Positions 1 to 8,009 of a DNA stretch of 15,702 nt are shown in pieces. A program made the translations under genes and the position numbers. Each line of letters opens with the position of its first letter. The first letter of the stretch is position 1. Origin of the DNA: an archaeon. GTDB taxonomy: Archaea; Asgardarchaeota; Thorarchaeia; Thorarchaeales; Thorarchaeaceae. The notes beneath the pieces are model-generated. The model did no database searches. It was not told the DNA's origin and saw only the letters and a list, made by a program, of their open reading frames with translations. Location: contig JAJRZD010000060.1 in assembly GCA_024275415.1 (NCBI GenBank), positions 1 to 15,702 on the forward strand, written 5' to 3'.

Positions 1-89
1 CCCTGGTGGACATGCGCGTCCACGACGTCAACGTGGTAGCAGACCTCGACTAGCACGACCCGAACAACCCCTCTGCTCCACCGCCGACA
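1..89 (+). repeat. Conserved cassette anchor repeat, copy 1 (type A; cut by window edge; in-frame TAG at 51-53)
   Basis: Frame +3 reads LVDMRVHDVNVVADLD*HDPNNPSAPPPT. Positions 1-60 match 10981-11040 at 55/60 nt. Confidence 0.95.
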
Positions 90-122
90 GGGGACTCTTC
101 CGATGGGAAGGGCTTATTTGCA

Positions 123-881
123 GTGGAGAATGATGGAACTGCGATGCAAGCTCCAGAGCAAGACCCATTTGTTGATACAAATGCCGACAATGCGGCTTTA
201 TCAACTACCTCATGGTGGACTGGTTGGTGGCCCGTTCTTCATGTCAAGTCTACTCAAGTATTGTCGACAGGTTCCTACACAGTAGAGGTTTCTCTAGATT
301 TGCTTGGTGCATTCAAACTGGTGAGTTTTGATATCTGGGTTCCTCAACTTGATATCCTGAATGAGGATGGAATTGCGGTGGCTACCCAGTCTGCGAATGA
401 TGCCTTTTGGTCAGATGCTCTCCCACAAATCAAATTGCCCAAATATATCGCAGAAGGATGTTTACTTGCTTTAGAGGTGCTTGTAGTTATGGCAACCCCA
501 GCAGATCCTGTCATTTATGGTGTTATGATAGGTCTACTGAGTGCATGGCTTGTGTCATCATTGGTCTTCCTTTATGCCATTGGCGAGGCAGTGAAGATGG
601 GCTTGATGTCGCCGGGTGCGGCATTCAGTGAGTTGTTTGAAATGCTTTTATTCACCGTAGGAGCATCTTTAGTGGATGGATATTTCATGGCAAAGAGGTT
701 CTATGATGTGATATGGTCAAAGATTGCAGTTGGAACTCGCAAACTGGTCGTTTGGGGACTTGTCTTCAATATCTTGAACCTTGTGTCCAAGATTGCAATG
801 ACTGGGCTATTATTGAGCATGATGACATATTATCTGTATAATCACCTCGAACCATATACGCAGAATCCCGCATATACATGA
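123..881 (+). CDS. Cassette 1 variable C-terminal module (putative polymorphic toxin/recognition CT), hydrophobic
   Basis: In frame with repeat copy 1 but separated from it by TAG 51-53. Motifs NDGT, WWTGWWPVLH, LDLLG, followed by several hydrophobic helices. The start at 123 is probably not native. Function is inferred from architecture only. Confidence 0.75.
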   Translation: MENDGTAMQAPEQDPFVDTNADNAALSTTSWWTGWWPVLHVKSTQVLSTGSYTVEVSLDLLGAFKLVSFDIWVPQLDILNEDGIAVATQSANDAFWSDALPQIKLPKYIAEGCLLALEVLVVMATPADPVIYGVMIGLLSAWLVSSLVFLYAIGEAVKMGLMSPGAAFSELFEMLLFTVGASLVDGYFMAKRFYDVIWSKIAVGTRKLVVWGLVFNILNLVSKIAMTGLLLSMMTYYLYNHLEPYTQNPAYT

Positions 882-891
882 GGAATGGAAC

Positions 892-1431
892 ATGAATACG
901 TTAATATCATCGATAATATCGAGTATGTTGGCTGTTTTTTCAGTCAGTTCCCTTTATTTTGGATCAAATACGAGGGGACCAATGATATTGCAGCAGTTTG
1001 GAAAAACAGTTCTCAAGAGAACTTGGCGTCTTCTTGCACTAGCCGAACTAAACGTTGCTACAATCTCATGGTTCTGCTTCTTCTTCCTACTAGAACTGCC
1101 TTTCGATACATCAATAAATTCGGCGACGACAACGGCCCTAGATATTTTCCTCTTTTTGTCCCTTCTATCTGTACTTGTTATATTTGTTGAACGAGGTCAC
1201 ATTAAAGCCCCTTATCGAACTATTAGATCGGATGCTGATTTATTTGCTCTCGAGATGGAACGATCAGAGAACCAATTGAAAACTCTTGAGGATATCATTG
1301 TACGAATCGAAACTAACCCAAGAATCTCCAAAGAGAGTGCCAAGGACTTCCTATTGAACCTAAGCACTAGGAACGATGAAGTGGGTCTGAGATCTCGGAC
1401 ATATTTGGAATCTATGGAACGGAGTCAATGA
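892..1431 (+). CDS. Cassette 1 partner membrane protein (putative immunity), TM helices plus C-terminal helical domain
   Basis: ATG 892 with GAGGA at 880-884 overlapping the upstream stop. C-terminal LSTRNDEVG resembles LLNRTDEVG in the cassette 6 partner. Confidence 0.8.
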   Translation: MNTLISSIISSMLAVFSVSSLYFGSNTRGPMILQQFGKTVLKRTWRLLALAELNVATISWFCFFFLLELPFDTSINSATTTALDIFLFLSLLSVLVIFVERGHIKAPYRTIRSDADLFALEMERSENQLKTLEDIIVRIETNPRISKESAKDFLLNLSTRNDEVGLRSRTYLESMERSQ

Positions 1432-1453
1432 GATAAACCGAGTTCTTGGATTA

Positions 1454-2311
1454 TTGCAAGTCCTCGACACCATCGTCATTGGAGCTGGGAGGTTCTACTC
1501 CTCTGGGCTGAGCGAGATGCGCCTCCACGACATCAACGTCGTCACTGACCTCAACGAGCACGATCCCAACTCGTCTACTCCTGATGAGCCTGTTGAATAT
1601 GATGAGACTGGGATACCAACAGAAATTGAAAAGCGCAGAACAGATTTGATTCTTGAACCAATAGCTGTATCTGTTACAGCGGTCTGGCAAGTGGTTGATT
1701 TATTGCCTTGGCTAGTGTTATCTTTCACTACTGATAGTATTGATTTCATCATGAAAGTGGATCTTTTAGGTACCATTCAGCTTGATACATTGGCAATATC
1801 AATACCAATCATCGAAGCCATGTCACAAGCAGAGCTTGATGTGACTGCCGAAAAGGTGAATGACTACACAAGATTGGTATTCTCCTTTACTGTGCCGTTC
1901 ATAGTCGGACAGCTCGTGGTTCAGAGTTTGAGATTTCTCGAGAATATGAGTTGGGATCCTGTAAAGATGGGAATTGGAATGATGGCATGGCTTGCACTAT
2001 GGCTTAGCTACATCACCATCCTTGAGAATCTCGTTCGTGATGGAGAACTGCATCCGTGGGGTGTAGCCTATAACTTTCTGGGAATCGCAGTATCGCTTTT
2101 GCCGGGACTACGCAGCGGACTATCAACGGCAGGTAATCTTGTTAGGACTCTTCAGAAATTTTACTTGGGCAGCCTGCTCGAGTCTGTATATACAGGTGGG
2201 AGAATAAGAAGCGCTATATGGACTACTGCAATTGCACTCTTGAAGGTATTTGCATTTGCTACATGTTTGACCATGTATGTACAATTGATATCTCATGGAT
2301 TCAATGTGTAG
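1454..2311 (+). CDS. Cassette 2 ORF: anchor plus divergent variable module
   Basis: 285-aa ORF from TTG. Motifs YDET, a degenerate W..VDLLPWL in place of WTGWWP, and VDLLG, then a hydrophobic C-terminal half. Confidence 0.8.
   Translation: MQVLDTIVIGAGRFYSSGLSEMRLHDINVVTDLNEHDPNSSTPDEPVEYDETGIPTEIEKRRTDLILEPIAVSVTAVWQVVDLLPWLVLSFTTDSIDFIMKVDLLGTIQLDTLAISIPIIEAMSQAELDVTAEKVNDYTRLVFSFTVPFIVGQLVVQSLRFLENMSWDPVKMGIGMMAWLALWLSYITILENLVRDGELHPWGVAYNFLGIAVSLLPGLRSGLSTAGNLVRTLQKFYLGSLLESVYTGGRIRSAIWTTAIALLKVFAFATCLTMYVQLISHGFNV
1463..1604 (+). repeat. Cassette anchor repeat, copy 2 (type B)
   Basis: Encodes LDTIVIGAGRFYSSGLSEMRLHDINVVTDLNEHDPNSSTPDEPVEYD. 1577-1604 is identical to 13543-13570 (28 nt). 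Confidence 0.92.
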
Positions 2312-2317
2312 AGGTGA
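2311..2317 (+). promoter_or_regulatory. Shine-Dalgarno GAGGTGA for cassette 2 partner
   Basis: GAGGTGA overlaps the cassette 2 stop and ends 4 nt before ATG 2322. Confidence 0.7.
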
Positions 2318-2321
2318 CAAA

Positions 2322-2633
2322 ATGGATGCAATATTGCTGTTCGCGATGGTCATTGTGATATGTATAACTCTTTTAGTCACATCAACCTACTACGCACAAA
2401 ACTTGGATAGAATCCCGCAAGGACTGAAGCGGATGGGTGCCTACCTCTTTGCATCACAAAGAAGAGAGATAATAGTTTGGGAATCTCTTGGCATCTTGAT
2501 CCTTCTCGTTTTTGTGGTTCCCGCAGCATTCGTTTTTAGTGTTTCCGTGTTACCGTTGGTGGTTATTGCATGCATCTTTCTTCCTATAATGATATTTCTA
2601 ACCATTTCCCTGGGGGAGGAAAGACACTATTAA
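2322..2633 (+). CDS. Cassette 2 partner small membrane protein (putative immunity)
   Basis: The RBS favours ATG 2322 over 2295. About 103 aa with ~3 hydrophobic segments. Confidence 0.78.
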   Translation: MDAILLFAMVIVICITLLVTSTYYAQNLDRIPQGLKRMGAYLFASQRREIIVWESLGILILLVFVVPAAFVFSVSVLPLVVIACIFLPIMIFLTISLGEERHY

Positions 2634-2747
2634 CGGCACGATGGAGAACCTTCACAAGCTGCTCTCGAAACAATGGCTACTCAAGAATGAAATTCTATGA
2701 TAGGACTGTCTTCCACGGCTCCAGTTTGACCTTGTGCTCCATAGGGG

Positions 2748-2911
2748 GACAATGTCTTTCGGGTCATCAAGTACGTGGGGGTCCTGGGCTACCGCATGGA
2801 CAGCTACACCCTCGTGGACATGCGCGTCCACGACATCAACGTCGTCACAGACCTCGACCAGCACGACCCGAACTCAGCTACTCCGCCACCGACGCAGGAT
2901 CCGCCCGCTGG
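2748..2911 (+). repeat. Cassette anchor repeat, copy 3 (type A)
   Basis: Encodes DNVFRVIKYVGVLGYRMDSYTLVDMRVHDINVVTDLDQHDPNSATPPPTQDPPA. 2760-2842 matches 5966-6048 at 81/83 nt. Confidence 0.95.
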
Positions 2912-3731
2912 GGGAGAGCCAGAACCCGTGGTGTATGATGGTACAAAAGGAACTCCAAAACTAGGAAGCACGTTTATGGTGGAAGATTTCTTTGAATCAA
3001 ACTCCCAAGATGTTCAGGCTTATTGGACAGGATGGTGGCCTGTGTTGCACATTCGATTCTCATTCTATCCTATACCTGAAATCAATTTGATTTTGCATTT
3101 TACTATTGATATACTTGGTTCCTTCTCCATTGACCCAGAAACTGTTCTAAACATCCTGAATCCAGTGTTGATGACATATGGAGTCAAGAACGCTCAGAAT
3201 GTTGACAATGTGTATCAAATGGTCATGCGTGATATCGTAGATTATCTGTTTGGCATGGGAGGCGTTGCTTGGCGTGTTGCATGGGCTGCCGCCCTGACAC
3301 TGAAACTGACATCCTTAGTTATGGATACGGGCCCATGGGGTGCAGCCTTATTTGCGGCAAATACATTAATCTATGTGGGGGCCTTGATTGCTGGCGCCGC
3401 TCAGGTCGTTCAAGACGCCCTTGACGGGATTTTGCATCCTCTCGTTGCAGCATTCATTCTTATCCTGAATGCCTTAGCAATAGCTGTGGATGGCTTAAAC
3501 AAACTATATTCGTCTGCTAAAGGTGATACAGAACTCAATAGACTACAGGAAGCGGGAAACCTATTAACCGAGACCGAAATAGAGAACAAACATCGTGGAG
3601 TCTGTTTCAGATATGCTGCCGGCCTTGTGCTGATGATAACCGCTTGCGGTTTAGTGACTGCAGGTGTTGGACTCCTAGTGTGGTTCTTGGCACAAGGAAT
3701 CGATATAACATATGACACAGTAGCTACATAA
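2775..3731 (+). CDS. Cassette 3 ORF: anchor plus variable module
   Basis: 318-aa ORF from GTG, with in-frame TAG at 2742 upstream. Motifs YDGT, YWTGWWPVLH, IDILG, then Ala/Gly-rich hydrophobic helices and a C-terminal TM segment. Confidence 0.82.
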   Translation: MGVLGYRMDSYTLVDMRVHDINVVTDLDQHDPNSATPPPTQDPPAGGEPEPVVYDGTKGTPKLGSTFMVEDFFESNSQDVQAYWTGWWPVLHIRFSFYPIPEINLILHFTIDILGSFSIDPETVLNILNPVLMTYGVKNAQNVDNVYQMVMRDIVDYLFGMGGVAWRVAWAAALTLKLTSLVMDTGPWGAALFAANTLIYVGALIAGAAQVVQDALDGILHPLVAAFILILNALAIAVDGLNKLYSSAKGDTELNRLQEAGNLLTETEIENKHRGVCFRYAAGLVLMITACGLVTAGVGLLVWFLAQGIDITYDTVAT

Positions 3732-3745
3732 GGAGAAATACAAGA

Positions 3746-4120
3746 ATGCTAGAGGTTTTCATTCTCTTCTGTTTAGGATTACTTCTATTGCTCCCACCAC
3801 AGGTGTTCCTAATCTCTGGAGAATCTCAACTTATGTCCTTTTACAGATATGGAATTCCAATAGAAGATGAAAATGCAATCAGACTAAAGCGCATCGTTGA
3901 GAGGAAGGGTGGTTTGCTACTCCTCGCTCTGATTCTTTATCTGCCATATTTGGGGCTCCCGTTATTTGCATTAATAGTATTTTCTGATGCAGTTAATCTA
4001 TATTTGTTTCCTGCTTTATTGTTTGCAGGATTCTTAATATATGCCCAAAATACAGGAACGATTCTTGCATTCCTCATCAAACTAAAACAAGCGAAGTCAA
4101 CCAGTCAAGAACCAGCTTAG
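3746..4120 (+). CDS. Cassette 3 partner membrane protein (putative immunity)
   Basis: AGGAG at 3731-3735 overlaps the upstream stop. 124 aa, Leu-rich, ~3 TM segments. Confidence 0.8.
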   Translation: MLEVFILFCLGLLLLLPPQVFLISGESQLMSFYRYGIPIEDENAIRLKRIVERKGGLLLLALILYLPYLGLPLFALIVFSDAVNLYLFPALLFAGFLIYAQNTGTILAFLIKLKQAKSTSQEPA

Positions 4121-4230
4121 ATCCGTCCTTTCTCAGGTAGTTTCTATCCCTTTTAAGGACATAAATAGGGTGACCTCTGCCGGATGGCATTAGGCTTCTC
4201 CCCTGATGGCAATGTGAGCCCGTGCTGTAG

Positions 4231-4400
4231 GAGGTGAACAGCGCCTCAAGAATCATCGATACCATTGCAATCCGAGCTGGGCGCATTACTCATACGGCTT
4301 GAGCGAGATGTGCGTCCATGACATCAACGTCGTCACTGACCTCGACCAGCACGACCCGGACTCGTCAATCCCACCCCCAACGAAGGATCCACCTGCGGGA
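4231..4400 (+). repeat. Cassette anchor repeat, copy 4 (type B; 1-nt deletion at ~4285)
   Basis: EVNSASRIIDTIAIRAGR (frame +1) shifts to YSYGLSEMCVHDINVVTDLDQHDPDSSIPPPTKDPPA (frame +3), colinear with copy 2. Confidence 0.9.
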
Positions 4401-5226
4401 CAAACTCAACAAACCATCACGCATGATGGAACCCTGGATAGCAAAACTGAGGTCACGAAATATAAAAGCCAAGCAACTGTAGGTTCGAAGTTTGAAGAAA
4501 CGAGCAACATGATTTCAGTTTACTGGACTGGTTGGTGGCCATTGCTTCATTTTGAGATACCGCAGGAGACCATCCCAGATGTTGCTTTATCAATTTACAT
4601 CACATTGGATATACTAGGCAACATTCAAGTTCAATCCTTCAATATTCAATTCCTAGGCCTTGAAGATATGAATGCCTCTGAAGGCGATCAACTCGTATCT
4701 GCTATTCGACCCTCAAGCAATAGTATTGTCGGAACAGCATCGTCTTGGAGTTACCTCTTGACTATTTCAGGCATCTTCTACTCGACTGCTAAACTCATTT
4801 CGCTATACATGGTTCTTGGCAATACATGGCAGGAGCTAGCTTTTTGGGCTGCGATAGGTTTGTGTATTGCTACATTATTACCCGGACTATTTCTTCTTGC
4901 ACAAGCTGTAGCGGGTGTAATAGCAGACCCACTTCATTCAGCTCTTTACTTCTTTGGCGCTGCACTTGCTGCTCTATATACATTCGGTGCCAATAGCAAG
5001 GCAATAGATGATTATGGGCTCGAAGAGTGAAGGTGCATCCAGATTTCTTCGATTCTTCAAGGATGATTCTAGGAGTCCCTATCAAGCAGATCAACGGTGG
5101 CAGAATGCAGGATTGAAAGGTCGAGTGCATTTTGGGATAATGATGGTCCAACTCTCTGCGTTGGTAGCATTAACTATAATAGCTACAGGCTTCTTTCTAG
5201 GATGGGTTCGGTCATGGTTTGTGTAG
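4231..5226 (+). pseudogene. Cassette 4 module, frameshifted (ORFs 4299-5030 and 5008-5226)
   Basis: Motifs HDGT, YWTGWWPLLH, LDILG. FGANSKAID joined to MIMGSK...GLKGRVHFGIMMVQL aligns with uninterrupted cassette 9 IGANKAAVDKMI...GFEGRTHIGLMVAQL. The shift lies within 5006-5028. Confidence 0.8.
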
Positions 5227-5244
5227 TTGGAGAGAATAGTTTAG

Positions 5245-5703
5245 ATGAATGAAACGAGAAATACAATGGAGATGTTAGAATTACTGCAGTCAATCACTGA
5301 AAACGTTATCTTCCTATCTATTGCCTTTGGTGCAGCTGGACTGCTATGGTTGCTTGGAGCCCTTTACAGGTATCGAGGAACAGTCCTTCTAAGTCAACTG
5401 TCGCGAGATCAAATCGACCAAGCTAGGGGATTTGGGTCATGGTATGCAAAAAACATCACAGGAAATCCGAGGTCTGTTCTCTATTCAATGGCACATTACA
5501 CATTGATCCCTTTGACTTTCTTGATAGCTGGGTTCATATTTGCGCCATTCGAATTCGATTTGGTGCTCGAGCGCATCTTGCCCGTCTTTCCATTCTTTGT
5601 GATTCTGGGGCTAGTATGTGGCATAGATTTCCGGTATCGATGGTGGGGGACGGGTAAACCAGAACCTATGGAAAGTGCTACCCACGAAAACCATGAAGGC
5701 TAA
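5245..5703 (+). CDS. Cassette 4 partner membrane protein (WYxxxI family, putative immunity)
   Basis: 152 aa with TM helices. GFGSWYAKNITGNPRSVLYSMAH is similar to the partners of cassettes 5 and 9. Confidence 0.82.
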   Translation: MNETRNTMEMLELLQSITENVIFLSIAFGAAGLLWLLGALYRYRGTVLLSQLSRDQIDQARGFGSWYAKNITGNPRSVLYSMAHYTLIPLTFLIAGFIFAPFEFDLVLERILPVFPFFVILGLVCGIDFRYRWWGTGKPEPMESATHENHEG

Positions 5704-5773
5704 CATTTGTCACCTGCTTGGAGAGAATTACTTGAATATGGTTCTTTAGCAATCGCCTACAGTAGCCTCTGGT

Positions 5774-5950
5774 ATGAAGCACTTTTATGTCTATCAAGAC
5801 ACCCAGAACGGAGGCTCGTACTCGGAACTCATGCTACCTGTACAAATCCTTCACCAAGACGGGGAAGTTGTGGTGGGGCCCGTACCAGGGCGGTGACGGT
5901 GCCGTCTTCGCAAGCATCGACGGGTAGGGTCGTCCCAACCCATCGGTGAG
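5774..5950 (+). pseudogene. Degraded remnant of the upstream constant (trunk) region of the parent protein
   Basis: High-GC3 reading MKHFYVYQDTQNGGSYSELM / YLYKSFTKTGKLWWGPYQGGDGAVFASID / VGSSQPIGE runs into cassette 5 if frameshifts at ~5834 and ~5921 are allowed. Confidence 0.5.
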
Positions 5951-6112
5951 GTGGAGAACGCCTCCCGGGTCATCACGTACGTGGGGGTCCTGGGCTACCG
6001 CATGGACAGCTACAACCTCGTGGACATGCGCGTCCACGACATCAACGTGGTAGCAGACCTGAACGAGCACGATCCCAATAACCCCTCAACCCCGCCGCCA
6101 ACCCATGACCCG
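5945..6112 (+). repeat. Cassette anchor repeat, copy 5 (type A)
   Basis: Encodes GEVENASRVITYVGVLGYRMDSYNLVDMRVHDINVVADLNEHDPNNPSTPPPTHDP. Confidence 0.95.
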
Positions 6113-6892
6113 GACGAATCATTGGTCCATGATGGAACTACTGTTGGAACGAGCGATGAGGCTCTTTGTGTTCTAGGGGGATATATTGATGACCTATTTG
6201 CTTCGATTGCAGGTGAGATTTCTGTTTGGTGGACAGGATGGTGGCCGACTTTACATATCCAAATCTCGAAAGTGATAACAAGTGCTATCACGATAGACCT
6301 ACACATTACAGTTGATATTCTAGGCAACCTAGAATTCGATACTATTGACTATAAAATAAGTGGATATGAATCGCTGAGTGAAGATGATTCTGAAGCAGCT
6401 GCCCACGCTGTTGTTGAATCTTCAAGATGGGCATTGGATACCGCCATTGTATTATCCGCTGCTTCCATGACTCTTGCATGGTTGGCAGTTGATATCCTAG
6501 CAGATATAGCCACACCATTGACTGAAAACATCTTCTGGGTGACACTTGGTATTGCAATGGTTTCAACTTTCACAGCTTGGGGTCTAATTATCTGGAAAGC
6601 ACAACAACTAGGTGTCCCAAAGTGGGTTCGAGCGTTAGGATTTCTTGCGTCTGCATTAACACTTCTGTGGTCGGGGAGTCGGAACTATAATACAGCTGCT
6701 GCGTTAGTAGATGAGTGTCACTTCACAAGAAAGGTTACTGACTACTTTGGAGATCTTTGGTCTTGGGATTTCATAAGGAATAATTATAACAATGTGCGAG
6801 TTCGGACTCATGTTGGTTATGCTTTTGCGAGGATTGTCTGTGCTGTGTCCGCATTTGTTATATTTGCAGGATTATGGATGGGATGGATATAG
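5951..6892 (+). CDS. Cassette 5 ORF: anchor plus variable module
   Basis: 313-aa ORF from GTG. Motifs HDGT, WWTGWWPTLH, VDILG, hydrophobic helices, and RVRTHVG before a terminal TM segment. Confidence 0.82.
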   Translation: MENASRVITYVGVLGYRMDSYNLVDMRVHDINVVADLNEHDPNNPSTPPPTHDPDESLVHDGTTVGTSDEALCVLGGYIDDLFASIAGEISVWWTGWWPTLHIQISKVITSAITIDLHITVDILGNLEFDTIDYKISGYESLSEDDSEAAAHAVVESSRWALDTAIVLSAASMTLAWLAVDILADIATPLTENIFWVTLGIAMVSTFTAWGLIIWKAQQLGVPKWVRALGFLASALTLLWSGSRNYNTAAALVDECHFTRKVTDYFGDLWSWDFIRNNYNNVRVRTHVGYAFARIVCAVSAFVIFAGLWMGWI

Positions 6893-6936
6893 ATGCAGTA
6901 TTGCTGCTACATTTTCTTCTTAGATTATCAATTATC

Positions 6937-6943
6937 AGGAGGT
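6937..6943 (+). promoter_or_regulatory. Shine-Dalgarno AGGAGGT for cassette 5 partner
   Basis: AGGAGGT ends 8 nt before ATG 6952. Confidence 0.7.
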
Positions 6944-6951
6944 ATGATGAG

Positions 6952-7341
6952 ATGTACGGAGTTCTTATAACGGCAATCACTGGGTGCTTCATCGTATTCT
7001 CTATAACAGGGTTCTACCTTTATAGAAAAGGTTGGGAGTCTGCACAAGATTCGATTCTCTCAAATGGGAACATTCCATTGAATGCTAGAGGCTTGTGGTA
7101 CATCAGGAACATCTCCACAGTTCCTCGTGCAATAGCCTATCATGTCATTGAGGGGTCATTTCCAATTCTTGGATTTCTCATCATTTGCTATTTAGCAATC
7201 TACGAGTATTTCTATATCATTTTACTGACAACAGGATGGCTAGTGATTGTAAGCATATCTAGAGGGATAATTCAAGGAAATATCCATTATAAGCGAAATA
7301 AGGAGGTTCTTGATAAATTACGTCAATGTCAGTCTTGTTAG
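6952..7341 (+). CDS. Cassette 5 partner membrane protein (WYxxxI family, putative immunity)
   Basis: Start moved from 6874 to 6952 on RBS evidence. Contains RGLWYIRNISTVPRAIAYH and ~3 TM segments. Confidence 0.8.
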   Translation: MYGVLITAITGCFIVFSITGFYLYRKGWESAQDSILSNGNIPLNARGLWYIRNISTVPRAIAYHVIEGSFPILGFLIICYLAIYEYFYIILLTTGWLVIVSISRGIIQGNIHYKRNKEVLDKLRQCQSC

Positions 7342-7364
7342 TATCGGCGTAGTAGCAACTTGAC

Positions 7365-7917
7365 ATGAGTTTACTTGATTCATTTTGAGTCACGCTCTTG
7401 ACTTTCTTCGTGTGGGATTTGCTTGGACCTCTATGATTGATGAGTCTTAGCCCAGTCAAATTCTTCAGCACAGTGTCGACAGAAATTATGGTATCAGCAA
7501 AGTTTTGGACTGCGTCCATATGCAAGGGATCTGTTCACTGCTTCACTAATAGCTTATACGCTTTCTTCATTGGCGGTGATATACTTTATCGCACAAGCAT
7601 ATCTTGACGGCTCATTGTACTATCTGGATGCATTCATTGGACTGGTGGTAATGATATGAGGAATTCTCTTCGCTGGCAATGCCATCTCGACGCAATCCAT
7701 TTATGGAACAGTAATGATCTTCTTTTGGCTCCCCATTCTATCTGTTGGAATCCTTTGGCCAGAATAGCTGACTTCGTTTGTATCAGGCCTCCAATTCTGG
7801 ATTCTACTTTCGTTAACACTGGCTTTTCTAAGCGTCATGTGCAGCAGCCCCGATTCAGCTGGATGTTTCGAAGAGGCATATGACCTACTGATAAAGGATG
7901 ACGAGGAGGTTCAGTGA
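7365..7917 (+). pseudogene. Degraded polytopic membrane-protein gene (extra partner-like)
   Basis: Frame +3 reads MSLLDSF*VTLLTFFVWDLLGPL*LMSL. Frame +1 then reads ...LWYQQSFGLRPYARDLFTASLIAY...VVMI*GILFAG...ILWPE*LTSF...KDDEEVQ*. Hydrophobic coding character continues across the stops at 7386, 7434, 7657 and 7765. Confidence 0.6.
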
Positions 7918-8009
7918 GTCCGGTGCAGCGACCGTCACCCTCCGTAGCATCGACTCGAACTTTGACAGGGACGCTCTGGTGATACTCATGACCAAGCGGG
8001 GATGAAGCC

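Noticed and set aside
885-1190. Alternative-frame + strand ORFs (885-1190, also 103-285, 407-631, 2570-2938, 2734-2964, 5439-5657, 10447-10641, 12940-13161, 13944-14132)
   Set aside because: They overlap better-supported genes that have RBSs or family motifs, and they show no recurrent motifs of their own.
7365-7917. Alternative genetic code (TGA = Trp/Sec) or general stop readthrough
   Set aside because: TGA ends well-supported genes here (879-881, 1429-1431, 14359-14361) and TGG is used abundantly. The region also needs a frameshift and a TAG bypass, so pseudogenisation is simpler.
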